From a virus (taxonomy: Duplodnaviria > Caudoviricetes), in IMG/VR virus record IMGVR_UViG_3300039070_000060, positions 1-25,590 of that record: a stretch of DNA of 25,590 nucleotides; one strand, 5' to 3'. This document shows, piece after piece, positions 1-7,676 of this stretch (its first letter is position 1; each line of letters opens with the position of its first letter). The translations under genes were made by a program, and so were the position numbers. The notes under the pieces are model-generated. The model was not told the origin of the DNA, searched no databases, and saw only the letters and a list, made by a program, of their open reading frames with translations.

Positions 1-63
1 GTGAGGATTTTACTCTGAGGTATTTTTTTGATAGGGGGGTCTAATGTTTTAAATTTTAGTAAG

Positions 64-534
64 ATGACAAATTTAAAAGTAGTTAAAAATAACGGTGAAG
101 TTATAGAAGTAGATAAAAATCTATATGAAATTTTAGTGAAGCTGCCTTCGCCAAATTCGAAATTCAATTTATCGAAAGAGCAAAAATATTGGTATGAGTT
201 TTTTGGTCAACAATTGATTGAAACCAAAAAACTCACCAAACCCGATTTGATACACTTACATCAATTGGCTACTTCTGTAGATTACTATGTTCAGGCCGAA
301 ACCAAAATCCGTGAAAAAGGTTTCGATGGTGGTATTGTGCAAACCTTCAAAGGCGGCGCCACGAATGTATCTGGGTACATCACCATTCGTGAAAAGATGA
401 TTAAAGAAATCAACGAGCTATCCAAACACTTCGGTTTTTCTTTCCGTGACCGCATCAAGTTAGTAGAGAAAAAAGAATCCGACCCAAATCAAACCAATCT
501 CTTCGAACAATTCATGAACGCTAAAAACGGTTAG
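64..534 (+). CDS. terS: Terminase small subunit (P27-like)
   Basis: Upstream of terL; helical protein with 'YWYEFFGQQL...L...D...L...Y' and 'SKHFGFSFRDRIKL', resembling the P27 FGLTPxxRxKL motif. ATG at 64 is preferred over TTG at 28. Confidence 0.85.
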   Translation: MTNLKVVKNNGEVIEVDKNLYEILVKLPSPNSKFNLSKEQKYWYEFFGQQLIETKKLTKPDLIHLHQLATSVDYYVQAETKIREKGFDGGIVQTFKGGATNVSGYITIREKMIKEINELSKHFGFSFRDRIKLVEKKESDPNQTNLFEQFMNAKNG

Positions 535-536
535 CC

Positions 537-887
537 ATGTTAAAGAAAGTCATTTATTCAAACAAAGGTGGAATGGGCTTGATTTCAAATGTAGGGCCAA
601 CGCACCCAAAAATCGTTCAAGAAAAAGTATTGCTCCACGGCAAAGAACTCGCACCAGGAGAAGAAACGATTTTGGATGGATTTTTTACTAGCAAAGTCCT
701 TTATGTAGGAACTTTAGAAAGCAAAAACCAAAAAGTAATGTGCTTTTATGCCGGCAAAGACGCCGATTTATTTCAAGAAAATCACTATTACTACTGCCTT
801 ATTTACCTAGACGAAAACAAAATAGTAAACAAATACACCCACACGTCGGCACGCTCATTCATTTGGAATGGCAGCCAATGGAAATAA
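537..887 (+). CDS. Hypothetical protein between terS and terL
   Basis: 116-aa ORF starting just after the terS stop and ending just before the terL ATG at 901; no motif recognised. Confidence 0.7.
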   Translation: MLKKVIYSNKGGMGLISNVGPTHPKIVQEKVLLHGKELAPGEETILDGFFTSKVLYVGTLESKNQKVMCFYAGKDADLFQENHYYYCLIYLDENKIVNKYTHTSARSFIWNGSQWK

Positions 888-900
888 AAACAATAACCCT

Positions 901-2643
901 ATGCAAATCACCCCAGAAATGAAAGCTTCAGTTCCTTTTCAATACGCCGAGGACGTGTTGAATGGAAATTTAATCACCGGCAAGTGGATAAAATTGGCTG
1001 TGCAGCGTTTCTATGATTGGATTGAAACTGCTGAGCAAGATGGTTTTTATTTGGACCACAAGGAAGGAATGTTTGTCATCAATTTTTTTCCTACGTTCTT
1101 GGTGCATACCAAAGGACCATTGGCAAAATCAAAAACACCGTTTACACTATCGCCTTACCAGCAATTCACCGTTTACAACATTTTCGCTTGGAAAATTGCA
1201 GCAACCGGATTGCGCCGCATCAATTTCGTGTATGAAGCCGTGGCGCGTAAAAACGGAAAAACAACACTTTTGGCGGGATTGGGATTGTATGCACAAGCTT
1301 TGGATGGTGAAGAAGGACCCGAAATCTACGTAGGAGCCACAAAGGAACTACAAGCCAAATCGCTTTGGGAGCAAGCTGTGGCCTTTGTCAACAAATCCGT
1401 GATGCTTCGCAAGCTTGGATTTTCGACAACACAACGCGAAGTTCGTTTTTCGCATACAAACGGCGTATTCCGATTTTTAGGAGGTGATTCCAAAACCCTC
1501 GATGGGTTAAACCCTTCCTTCTCCTTAATCGACGAATACCATGCCCACAAAGACGATGGAGTTCGCGAAGTTTTAGAGTCCGCCATGGGAGCACGTGACA
1601 ATCCGTTGACGTACATCATCACAACGGCGGGTTTTAACCTAAAATCCGCGTGCAAATTGGCTGAGGATTCATACAAAGACATTCTTTTGGGTTTAAATAA
1701 AGACAATCACACCCTCATAATGATTCATCAAATGGACGAAGATGATGATTGGCAAGATGAAAATAACTGGCAAAAAGCATCGCCAAATATGATTTACAGC
1801 AACACATTGTTAGAATTTACCCGCCGTGAGTTGGTAAAAGCCATAAATCAACCCTCTAAAATACCCAATTTTAAGACAAAATCTTTAAATAAGTGGGTAG
1901 ATGGTGCCAATGTTTGGATTTCGTCCGAAATATGGCGAAAAAACGACATCAACCACGGTCGTGACAGAAAGTTGCCAAGGCTCACCGTTGACGAATCCAA
2001 ATTCTTTGATTTTGGTTCGTATGCAGGACTCGATTTGTCCACCACAACCGACATCACCGCATTTGTGGTTTTATCCGAGCCAGACGATGCAGGAATTCAG
2101 TATTTAAAGCCGTTTTTGTTCTGTCCCGAAGAAACTATCGACAAACGCTCACGTGAGGACCAAGTGCCTTATCGTTATTGGCGCGATCAAGGATATATCA
2201 TCGCCACACCAGGAAACGTAGTCGATTATGATGTGATTGAAGATTATATCTGTGCCAATTACGAAAAATTAAGCATCCAACGCATCGAGCGCGACCGTTG
2301 GAACTCCAATTCAATCATCAATCACTTGGTAGAAAAAGGATTGAATGTTTCCGATTTCTCGCAAACGATCACCAGCTTTTCGCATCCGACCAAAGTATTT
2401 GAAAAATTGGTTTTAGAAGGCAAAATAAAACACGATGGAAACCCAGTAATGGAGTGGATGTTGTCTGGATGCGTCACAATAGTAGACCACAACGAAAACA
2501 TCCGAGTATCAAAAGGCCTTTCACAATCCAATGGAAAAAGAATCGACGGCATCATCGCAGCAATAATGGCCTTAGGTGGTTCGCTATCGCCACCAGAAGA
2601 AAGCAACGAGTCAGTATATGAAGATCAGGAGTTTGAATGTTAA
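901..2643 (+). CDS. terL: Terminase large subunit
   Basis: Walker A VARKNGKTT, Walker B SLIDEYH, motif III ITTAG, nuclease GLDLS and RIDGIIA. Start is 901 or 868. Confidence 0.97.
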   Translation: MQITPEMKASVPFQYAEDVLNGNLITGKWIKLAVQRFYDWIETAEQDGFYLDHKEGMFVINFFPTFLVHTKGPLAKSKTPFTLSPYQQFTVYNIFAWKIAATGLRRINFVYEAVARKNGKTTLLAGLGLYAQALDGEEGPEIYVGATKELQAKSLWEQAVAFVNKSVMLRKLGFSTTQREVRFSHTNGVFRFLGGDSKTLDGLNPSFSLIDEYHAHKDDGVREVLESAMGARDNPLTYIITTAGFNLKSACKLAEDSYKDILLGLNKDNHTLIMIHQMDEDDDWQDENNWQKASPNMIYSNTLLEFTRRELVKAINQPSKIPNFKTKSLNKWVDGANVWISSEIWRKNDINHGRDRKLPRLTVDESKFFDFGSYAGLDLSTTTDITAFVVLSEPDDAGIQYLKPFLFCPEETIDKRSREDQVPYRYWRDQGYIIATPGNVVDYDVIEDYICANYEKLSIQRIERDRWNSNSIINHLVEKGLNVSDFSQTITSFSHPTKVFEKLVLEGKIKHDGNPVMEWMLSGCVTIVDHNENIRVSKGLSQSNGKRIDGIIAAIMALGGSLSPPEESNESVYEDQEFEC

Positions 2644-2726
2644 ACTAAAAACAAAAAAAAATGCAACCCACTACTTCCAACCATGTCGCGCATTGCCGAT
2701 GTTTCAAATGCCGAATGCAGCGGCCC

Positions 2727-2856
2727 AAAAAACGGATGGTGCTATACTTAGTGCCGACTTATGAAAACGAATTATTCTAACTAAAAACAAACGAACTTAT
2801 GAAAACAGATTTTTATGATACCGAAAACGAGGCATTGAGTATAGCACGTGTTATGC
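2727..2856 (+). repeat. attC-like recombination hairpin 1
   Basis: AAC(2731-2733), then GTGCTATACTTAGTGCC(2739-2755) pairing with GGCATTGAGTATAGCAC(2831-2847; 15 WC + 2 G-T), then GT-GTTATGC(2850-2856). Confidence 0.75.
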
Positions 2857-3773
2857 CTTCGCTTACTCACGGTTCTTTATTTTCTGGAATTGGCGGATTT
2901 GATTTAGCATCGGAATGGATGGGATGGGAAAACGTTTTTCATTGCGAATGGAATGATTTCGGAAAAAGAATTTTAAAATATTACTGGCCAAATGCTATAA
3001 GTTATGATGACATCACAAAAACAGATTTCACTATTCACAGAGGAAAAATCGACATCCTTACTGGAGGATTCCCTTGCCAACCATACAGTTCAGCAGGGAA
3101 AAGGAAAGGAAAGGAAGATGAACGCCACCTCTGGCCGGAAATGCTTAGAGCAATTCGAGAGATTCAACCGAGCTGGGTTGTGGGCGAAAACGTTCGTGGG
3201 CTTACTAATTGGAATGGAGGGATGGTATTCGACGAAGTGCAAGCTGACTTGGAAAATGAAGGCTACGAAGTCACACCGTTTTTACTTCCAGCTTGCGCCG
3301 TTAACGCTCCCCATCGAAGAGATAGAATTTGGTTTGTGGCCTACTCCAACAAGTGTTCAAAGAGATCATCCGGAGAGAGTGGAAAAATTGAAAGCAATCG
3401 GAGCACAAACAATGATGAGCAGAGCAGCGGGAGAGAGCAGGCCAAACAGCATACTGGATGCAGCGATGTTTTACGGAATGTTGCCGACACCGAACGCATC
3501 GGACAATCGGGATCGGGGCGGACCAAAAAACAAATGCGTACAAAAACGGATAGAGAATGGAAAACAAGTTGGGCTTACGATGATGGTAGATGGCCAACTC
3601 AATCCCCAGTTTGTAATGGAAATGATGGGATTCCCAACGGATTGGACGGAATTACCGTTTCACAATGGAGACAAGAAAGTATCAAAGCAGGAGGAAACGC
3701 AATAGTTCCCCAAGTAGCTTTTCAGATATTCAAGGCTATCGCTTTGCACGATGTTTCTCTAAGTGAGGCATAA
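2799..3773 (+). CDS. DNA (cytosine-5) methyltransferase, alpha-like polypeptide lacking motif IX; cassette 1
   Basis: Motif I SLFSGIGG, IV GGFPCQPYS, VI ENV, VIII PHRRDRIW, X GNAIVPQV. Alternative ATG at 2853 lies inside GTTATGC. Confidence 0.93.
   Translation: MKTDFYDTENEALSIARVMPSLTHGSLFSGIGGFDLASEWMGWENVFHCEWNDFGKRILKYYWPNAISYDDITKTDFTIHRGKIDILTGGFPCQPYSSAGKRKGKEDERHLWPEMLRAIREIQPSWVVGENVRGLTNWNGGMVFDEVQADLENEGYEVTPFLLPACAVNAPHRRDRIWFVAYSNKCSKRSSGESGKIESNRSTNNDEQSSGREQAKQHTGCSDVLRNVADTERIGQSGSGRTKKQMRTKTDREWKTSWAYDDGRWPTQSPVCNGNDGIPNGLDGITVSQWRQESIKAGGNAIVPQVAFQIFKAIALHDVSLSEA
3004..3705 (+). CDS. Nested +1-frame beta-like subunit of the C5 methyltransferase (motif IX and probable target-recognition region)
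   Basis: 233-aa ORF wholly inside the MTase gene; contains LWPTPT and MLPTPNASD repeats and GQLNPQFVMEMMGFPTDW (motif IX-like). Confidence 0.8.
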   Translation: MMTSQKQISLFTEEKSTSLLEDSLANHTVQQGKGKERKMNATSGRKCLEQFERFNRAGLWAKTFVGLLIGMEGWYSTKCKLTWKMKATKSHRFYFQLAPLTLPIEEIEFGLWPTPTSVQRDHPERVEKLKAIGAQTMMSRAAGESRPNSILDAAMFYGMLPTPNASDNRDRGGPKNKCVQKRIENGKQVGLTMMVDGQLNPQFVMEMMGFPTDWTELPFHNGDKKVSKQEETQ

Positions 3774-3899
3774 CGTTCCCGCGCTACACGCAGGTTGGGG
3801 TTAAAGATGCGTATTATTTCGGTTAAAAACAAATGTATCAAACACAAACTATTTTCAAATTAAGCCAATTGCCCAGCTTGCTTGTAGCGTGTGTTAGGC
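3768..3899 (+). repeat. attC-like recombination hairpin 2
   Basis: GCATAAC(3768-3774, includes the MTase stop); 18-bp stem 3782-3799 with 3872-3889 (15 WC, 2 G-T, 1 mismatch); GTTAGGC(3893-3899) matches GTTRRRY; 132 bp in total. Confidence 0.85.
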
Positions 3900-3943
3900 A
3901 ATCGGTTATTTTTTACAACAATATTAATTAAAACTATAAAATT

Positions 3944-4357
3944 ATGATTAAAGCAAACGAATTAAGAATAGGGAATCTTGTAAATGTACCAAGAGAAGAC
4001 CAAAGTCCTTTTAGAATTGACGCTTTTGAATACTTGTCACATACATACATAAAAGTAGCTATGACTCATCCTGAGTTTGGTGATAAAATGCACCCTTTAA
4101 CTTGGTACGATGAAGACTTAAAACCAATACCATTAACCGAAGAATGGTTATTGAAATTTGGGTTTAGACAATGTGAATATTTTAAAAATAAATTTGATTT
4201 AGGTGATATAAACGCTATTTTAATAAAAGATTTTTGTATTATCGAAATGTTCGACCATTTGCTTGATACACACGTGTCTATTAAACAAATAAAGTACGCT
4301 CATCAACTTCAAAATCTGTATTTCTTTTTAACGGATGCTGAGTTAACTGTTGCCTAA
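3944..4357 (+). CDS. Phage hypothetical protein (ELRIGN...PIPLTEEWLLKFGF...HQLQNLYF type); cassette 2
   Basis: 137-aa ORF with A-rich upstream region; motif pattern recalled from Bacteroidota phage proteins; stop lies in GCCTAAC. Confidence 0.85.
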   Translation: MIKANELRIGNLVNVPREDQSPFRIDAFEYLSHTYIKVAMTHPEFGDKMHPLTWYDEDLKPIPLTEEWLLKFGFRQCEYFKNKFDLGDINAILIKDFCIIEMFDHLLDTHVSIKQIKYAHQLQNLYFFLTDAELTVA

Positions 4358-4371
4358 CTCCCTGCTACACG
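4352..4371 (+). repeat. attC-like half site (left arm only)
   Basis: GCCTAAC (RYYYAAC)-TCCCT-GCTACACG shares GCTACACG with hairpin 2; no complementary right arm found downstream. Confidence 0.6.
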
Positions 4372-4397
4372 TCACTCACCCCTAAAACCCTTTGAAA

Positions 4398-4685
4398 ATG
4401 CTACAAAAATCCCTTGACAACACCTATTTCATCACCTACAGCAACTACTTTAGGATAGAAAATCATGTTTTTGCCTTCCGAAAAAAAGAGCTGTTCGATA
4501 TTACAGGAGTGCCAAAACTTTTGCAGCTCCAAAACAACAACAATTGTTTTGGCTATTGGATCAATCGAAAGTGGGTGAGTTTGTCCAGGATAAAAGAAAT
4601 CATCAAAGAAGAACCTGTAACCGTAGATGTCTCAGATTTGCAATGGTATGACCAAATCAAAATCGATCACGTGTTTAATTTATAA
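4398..4685 (+). CDS. Hypothetical protein
   Basis: 95-aa ORF from ATG 4398, packed with its neighbours. Confidence 0.7.
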   Translation: MLQKSLDNTYFITYSNYFRIENHVFAFRKKELFDITGVPKLLQLQNNNNCFGYWINRKWVSLSRIKEIIKEEPVTVDVSDLQWYDQIKIDHVFNL

Positions 4686-4697
4686 AAGCATCCAACT

Positions 4698-4937
4698 ATG
4701 AAACTATTCTTTCAATCATTTATGCAAATTGGGCTAGTAGCCATCAACACCTTATTAATTTCAAAAGGCATTTATTTAGGTGTTTTCATTGTTTCGTTTT
4801 TAATTAGTTTATTGTGGCCCTTCAATGTATCACGAGTGTCGGTGTCAACTCACAAACAAAAGTTAATTTATGCAGCAGGAGCAGGATTTGGCGCAATAGT
4901 AGGATTGTTTTTTGTAAACTTATTCTTTAAATCTTAG
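4698..4937 (+). CDS. Small membrane protein (about 3 TM)
   Basis: Hydrophobic segments and a C-terminal YAAGAGFGAIVG. Confidence 0.75.
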   Translation: MKLFFQSFMQIGLVAINTLLISKGIYLGVFIVSFLISLLWPFNVSRVSVSTHKQKLIYAAGAGFGAIVGLFFVNLFFKS

Positions 4938-4939
4938 CT

Positions 4940-5191
4940 ATGACACCAGAAGAAAAAATCCTCCATTTGCAAATCCAAAAACTGCAAAACAAAATTACAT
5001 CAATGCGTGAATTGATAAGCTGCGAAGGCTTTTACAAAGCCTATTTCAAAGAGCTACGCAAACACAAAAACGGCCGCGAATGCTTCGAAGCCATCAACGA
5101 ACGCTATTTCGAATTATTCGAATCCTACCGTTTCTCAGATTACGAATCCTTCAAAACCCAATTATCAAAATTTAACAACAAAAAGAAATGA
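4940..5191 (+). CDS. Hypothetical protein, possibly DNA-binding
   Basis: 83 aa, helical and aromatic/basic (RFSDYESFK); ATGA overlap with the next gene. Confidence 0.75.
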   Translation: MTPEEKILHLQIQKLQNKITSMRELISCEGFYKAYFKELRKHKNGRECFEAINERYFELFESYRFSDYESFKTQLSKFNNKKK

Positions 5192-5373
5192 AAAACATCG
5201 CCATAGTCCTAGCCACTATCATAATCGCTTTTCTAGTTTCCGCCTTGCTCGATTGGTCCTGGGTAGCAAACAATCCGGTGCGCTATGCGCTGGTAGTAGT
5301 AATCATCATTCTAGTATTACTGCTCGGATGGCTGTCATTAAAAGAAAACGCAAAACAAAAAACAAACCAATGA
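5188..5373 (+). CDS. Small 2-TM membrane protein
   Basis: Two hydrophobic helices and a basic tail; ATGA overlaps on both sides. Confidence 0.7.
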   Translation: MKNIAIVLATIIIAFLVSALLDWSWVANNPVRYALVVVIIILVLLLGWLSLKENAKQKTNQ

Positions 5374-5516
5374 AACTAAGCGCAAAAAACCTACAATCCG
5401 CAATTCGCAGGTTACCGGACCCGAAAACCTACGGAGCCGACATCATCAACGTATTAGTAGAAAAACACAAATACACCTTCGAAAAACAAAACAAAGAATG
5501 GATTTTCAAATTCTAA
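5370..5516 (+). CDS. Small hypothetical protein (MKLSAKNL...WIFKF, 48 aa)
   Basis: ATG at 5370 overlaps the previous stop (ATGA); this is the 3' part of track ORF 5253..5516. Confidence 0.6.
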   Translation: MKLSAKNLQSAIRRLPDPKTYGADIINVLVEKHKYTFEKQNKEWIFKF

Positions 5517-5519
5517 ACA

Positions 5520-5708
5520 ATGAAATACACCGAAGCACAAAAAGCCGCCGTAAAAGATTTACCAGGCACGCAAGAACTCCGCCAAAAAATTAGAAACGAC
5601 TTCTTAAAAATTTCTAGAAAAGTCCGAATAGAAAAAGGATTTATTATCTTAGATTCGGCAATGAATTTCAAGTATAAAAAAAGAAAAATGAAAGTCAAAA
5701 AAAATTAA
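5520..5708 (+). CDS. Small basic hypothetical protein
   Basis: 62 aa, starts 3 nt after the previous stop. Confidence 0.55.
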   Translation: MKYTEAQKAAVKDLPGTQELRQKIRNDFLKISRKVRIEKGFIILDSAMNFKYKKRKMKVKKN

Positions 5709-5717
5709 CGACAACAA

Positions 5718-5774
5718 CTCCCCTATCGAGAGGGGTCGGGGGTGTGTTTTACTCACAACCCACAACCCACAACA
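5718..5774. repeat. REP-like GC-rich hairpin plus CACAACC heptamer tandem
   Basis: CCCCT-ATCGAG-AGGGG (5720-5735) then TCGGGGGTGTG; CACAACC twice plus CACAACA at 5754-5774. Confidence 0.55.
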
Positions 5775-5787
5775 ACAAAAAAAAATA

Positions 5788-5832
5788 GTTACCAAAGGTA
5801 ACCGCCTAAGCGAAAAGCGCTATCTACTTTTG
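5788..5832 (+). promoter_or_regulatory. Putative promoter for the head-tail operon with an upstream palindrome
   Basis: GTTACC-AAA-GGTAAC (5788-5802); TACTTTTG (5825-5832) matches the Bacteroidota -7 element TAnnTTTG, 19 nt before the portal ATG. Confidence 0.5.
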
Positions 5833-5851
5833 ATGTATCAAATTACAAGAT

Positions 5852-7069
5852 ATGTCAATGTTAGATCGCGCTTTTTCGTCTTTGGTAAAACGTTCAGATA
5901 CTACTTCTGGCGGTGTTACATTTGCCGACAATCTTAGCGATCTCTTTTCATTTTCTACAACTGGCGGCGTAGGTCCAGTAAACCACAAATCAGCGTTGAA
6001 AATCTCGGCTGTTTATAATGCAGTTGAGCAAATTTCAAACGACATTGCGAAAATCCCTTTCGGAATCTATTCAACAGAAAATGGCCAACGCCAACGCCTT
6101 CGCAATCATCCAGCAGACATTCTAATCTCGCAAGAACCTAACCCAATTATGACACCTTTCGTGTTCAAAAAATTGATAGGGGTTTCTTTGATGCTGCGCG
6201 GTAACGCTTTGTTTTACTTGCAACCCGTTACGAATTCACGCCAAATCGCAAAATACATCGATTGGTCGGATGTGTACGATGTACGCGAAAAAGACTTCGA
6301 AATTTACTACTATGTCAAAGGCTATGACAAACCCTTGTTAAGCTCCGAAGTATTGCATTTCAAACAATTCTCTTTGGATGGTATTTGCGGAATTTCAACC
6401 ATCAAATATGCAGCTTTGCAATTGGGATTGTCGTTGAAAACTCAGGAATTATCAATCACGAATTACGATAATAAAGGCGTTCGTCAAGGCGTAATCGAAA
6501 CCGACAAAGTAATGGCGAAAGGCAAAGATGCGGTTATTGCAGGTTGGCGAAAAGGAATGGCCGAAAAGTCTGCCGACCGTGTCGTGGTTTTAGATGAAGG
6601 AATGAAATTCAAACCTATCACCATCACGCCACAAGAATTGCAACTAATTGAGCAAGCTCGCTTTAATGTCGAGGACATTGCACGCTGGTTCAATATTGCG
6701 CCGCACAAAATTAAGTCACTCCAACAATCTACCAACAACAATATCGAGCAACAATCTTTGGATCACGTGAGTGATACGATTCAACCGTATGTGACAAACA
6801 TCGAACAAGAGTTTGCTAAAAAGTTATTGACAAGCAAACAAAAAGCAACGCATTACTGCAAAGCAAATTTAAATGTGTTATTGCGTGCCGACATCAAAAG
6901 CCGAGGCGAATACTACAGCAAAATGCTAACGGCTGGCGCGTACTCTCGTGAAGAGGTGCGAGCGTTGGAAGATATGGATAAAGGACCAGAATTTTTAGGC
7001 GAATTTTTAACACCAGTCAACACTTTCACCGAAAGTCAGTTGAAGAAAAATTTAATGACAAATGAATAA
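5852..7069 (+). CDS. Portal protein (HK97 family)
   Basis: SAVYNAVEQISNDIAKIP, LRGNA, EVLHFK, DIARWFNIAPHKI, NNIEQQ, EEVRALED. Confidence 0.97.
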   Translation: MSMLDRAFSSLVKRSDTTSGGVTFADNLSDLFSFSTTGGVGPVNHKSALKISAVYNAVEQISNDIAKIPFGIYSTENGQRQRLRNHPADILISQEPNPIMTPFVFKKLIGVSLMLRGNALFYLQPVTNSRQIAKYIDWSDVYDVREKDFEIYYYVKGYDKPLLSSEVLHFKQFSLDGICGISTIKYAALQLGLSLKTQELSITNYDNKGVRQGVIETDKVMAKGKDAVIAGWRKGMAEKSADRVVVLDEGMKFKPITITPQELQLIEQARFNVEDIARWFNIAPHKIKSLQQSTNNNIEQQSLDHVSDTIQPYVTNIEQEFAKKLLTSKQKATHYCKANLNVLLRADIKSRGEYYSKMLTAGAYSREEVRALEDMDKGPEFLGEFLTPVNTFTESQLKKNLMTNE

Positions 7070-7676
7070 TACAGCAATCAACATCGTGACCCGCGAAGCC
7101 GTGATTCGTGCTTTGAGCGAAGAAAACATAAAAAACCGCCAAGCCGAATTCGTGATTTCTACTGAATCTGTAGACTCTTACGATACCGTATTCAAAATTG
7201 ATGGTTGGGATTTGGAGCGCTACGCAAACAATCCTATTGTGGCGTATGGGCATAGAACCTGGAGCGACAATCCGGATATGATTATCGGTACTTCTACGGT
7301 AAGAGTAGAAGGAAAAGAATTGATTGGTGTGGTGACTTTCGAAGATGAATCCGTGAATCCAATGGCCGAAAAAGTATGGCGAAAAGTACAAGCCGGAACC
7401 CTTCGCATGGCTTCTGTAGGTGCGAATCCTATCGAATACCGTTGGGGCGTTGCAGCTAATGGAGAAAACCCTGGTGTGTTGTATTTCACCCGCACCGAAT
7501 TATACGAATGGTCAATTGTGCCAATAGGATCAAATCCTGACGCCTTAAAACGCTCAGTTGAAACCATTGAAGAAATTCGCAAAAGTTTAGAACCAAAAGC
7601 TCCAATTGTGGAGCGTAAAGATAAAGGGCTATCACTCTTTGAAGCTCAAAGTTTAATCAATAATAATTTAATCTAA
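7062..7676 (+). CDS. Prohead maturation protease (HK97/S78-like)
   Basis: Between portal and capsid; NPIVAYGH, MASVG, ELYEWSIVPIGSNPDA. Confidence 0.92.
   Translation: MNNTAINIVTREAVIRALSEENIKNRQAEFVISTESVDSYDTVFKIDGWDLERYANNPIVAYGHRTWSDNPDMIIGTSTVRVEGKELIGVVTFEDESVNPMAEKVWRKVQAGTLRMASVGANPIEYRWGVAANGENPGVLYFTRTELYEWSIVPIGSNPDALKRSVETIEEIRKSLEPKAPIVERKDKGLSLFEAQSLINNNLI

Noticed and set aside
1-63. cos packaging site upstream of terS
   Set aside because: The position and the GGGGGGT run are suggestive, but the sequence gives no way to define a cut site
2639-2645. GTTAAAC at the terL stop as an attI-type core
   Set aside because: It matches GTTRRRY but is short, has no arm and has no complementary partner at site 1, so it could be chance
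2799-4357. Complete restriction-modification system
   Set aside because: No restriction endonuclease motif was recognised next to the MTase; treated as an orphan
2727-4371. CRISPR array or simple terminators as an explanation of the hairpins
   Set aside because: No identical repeats with short spacers; the loops are ~70 nt, there are no U-tracts, and the units between sites are whole genes
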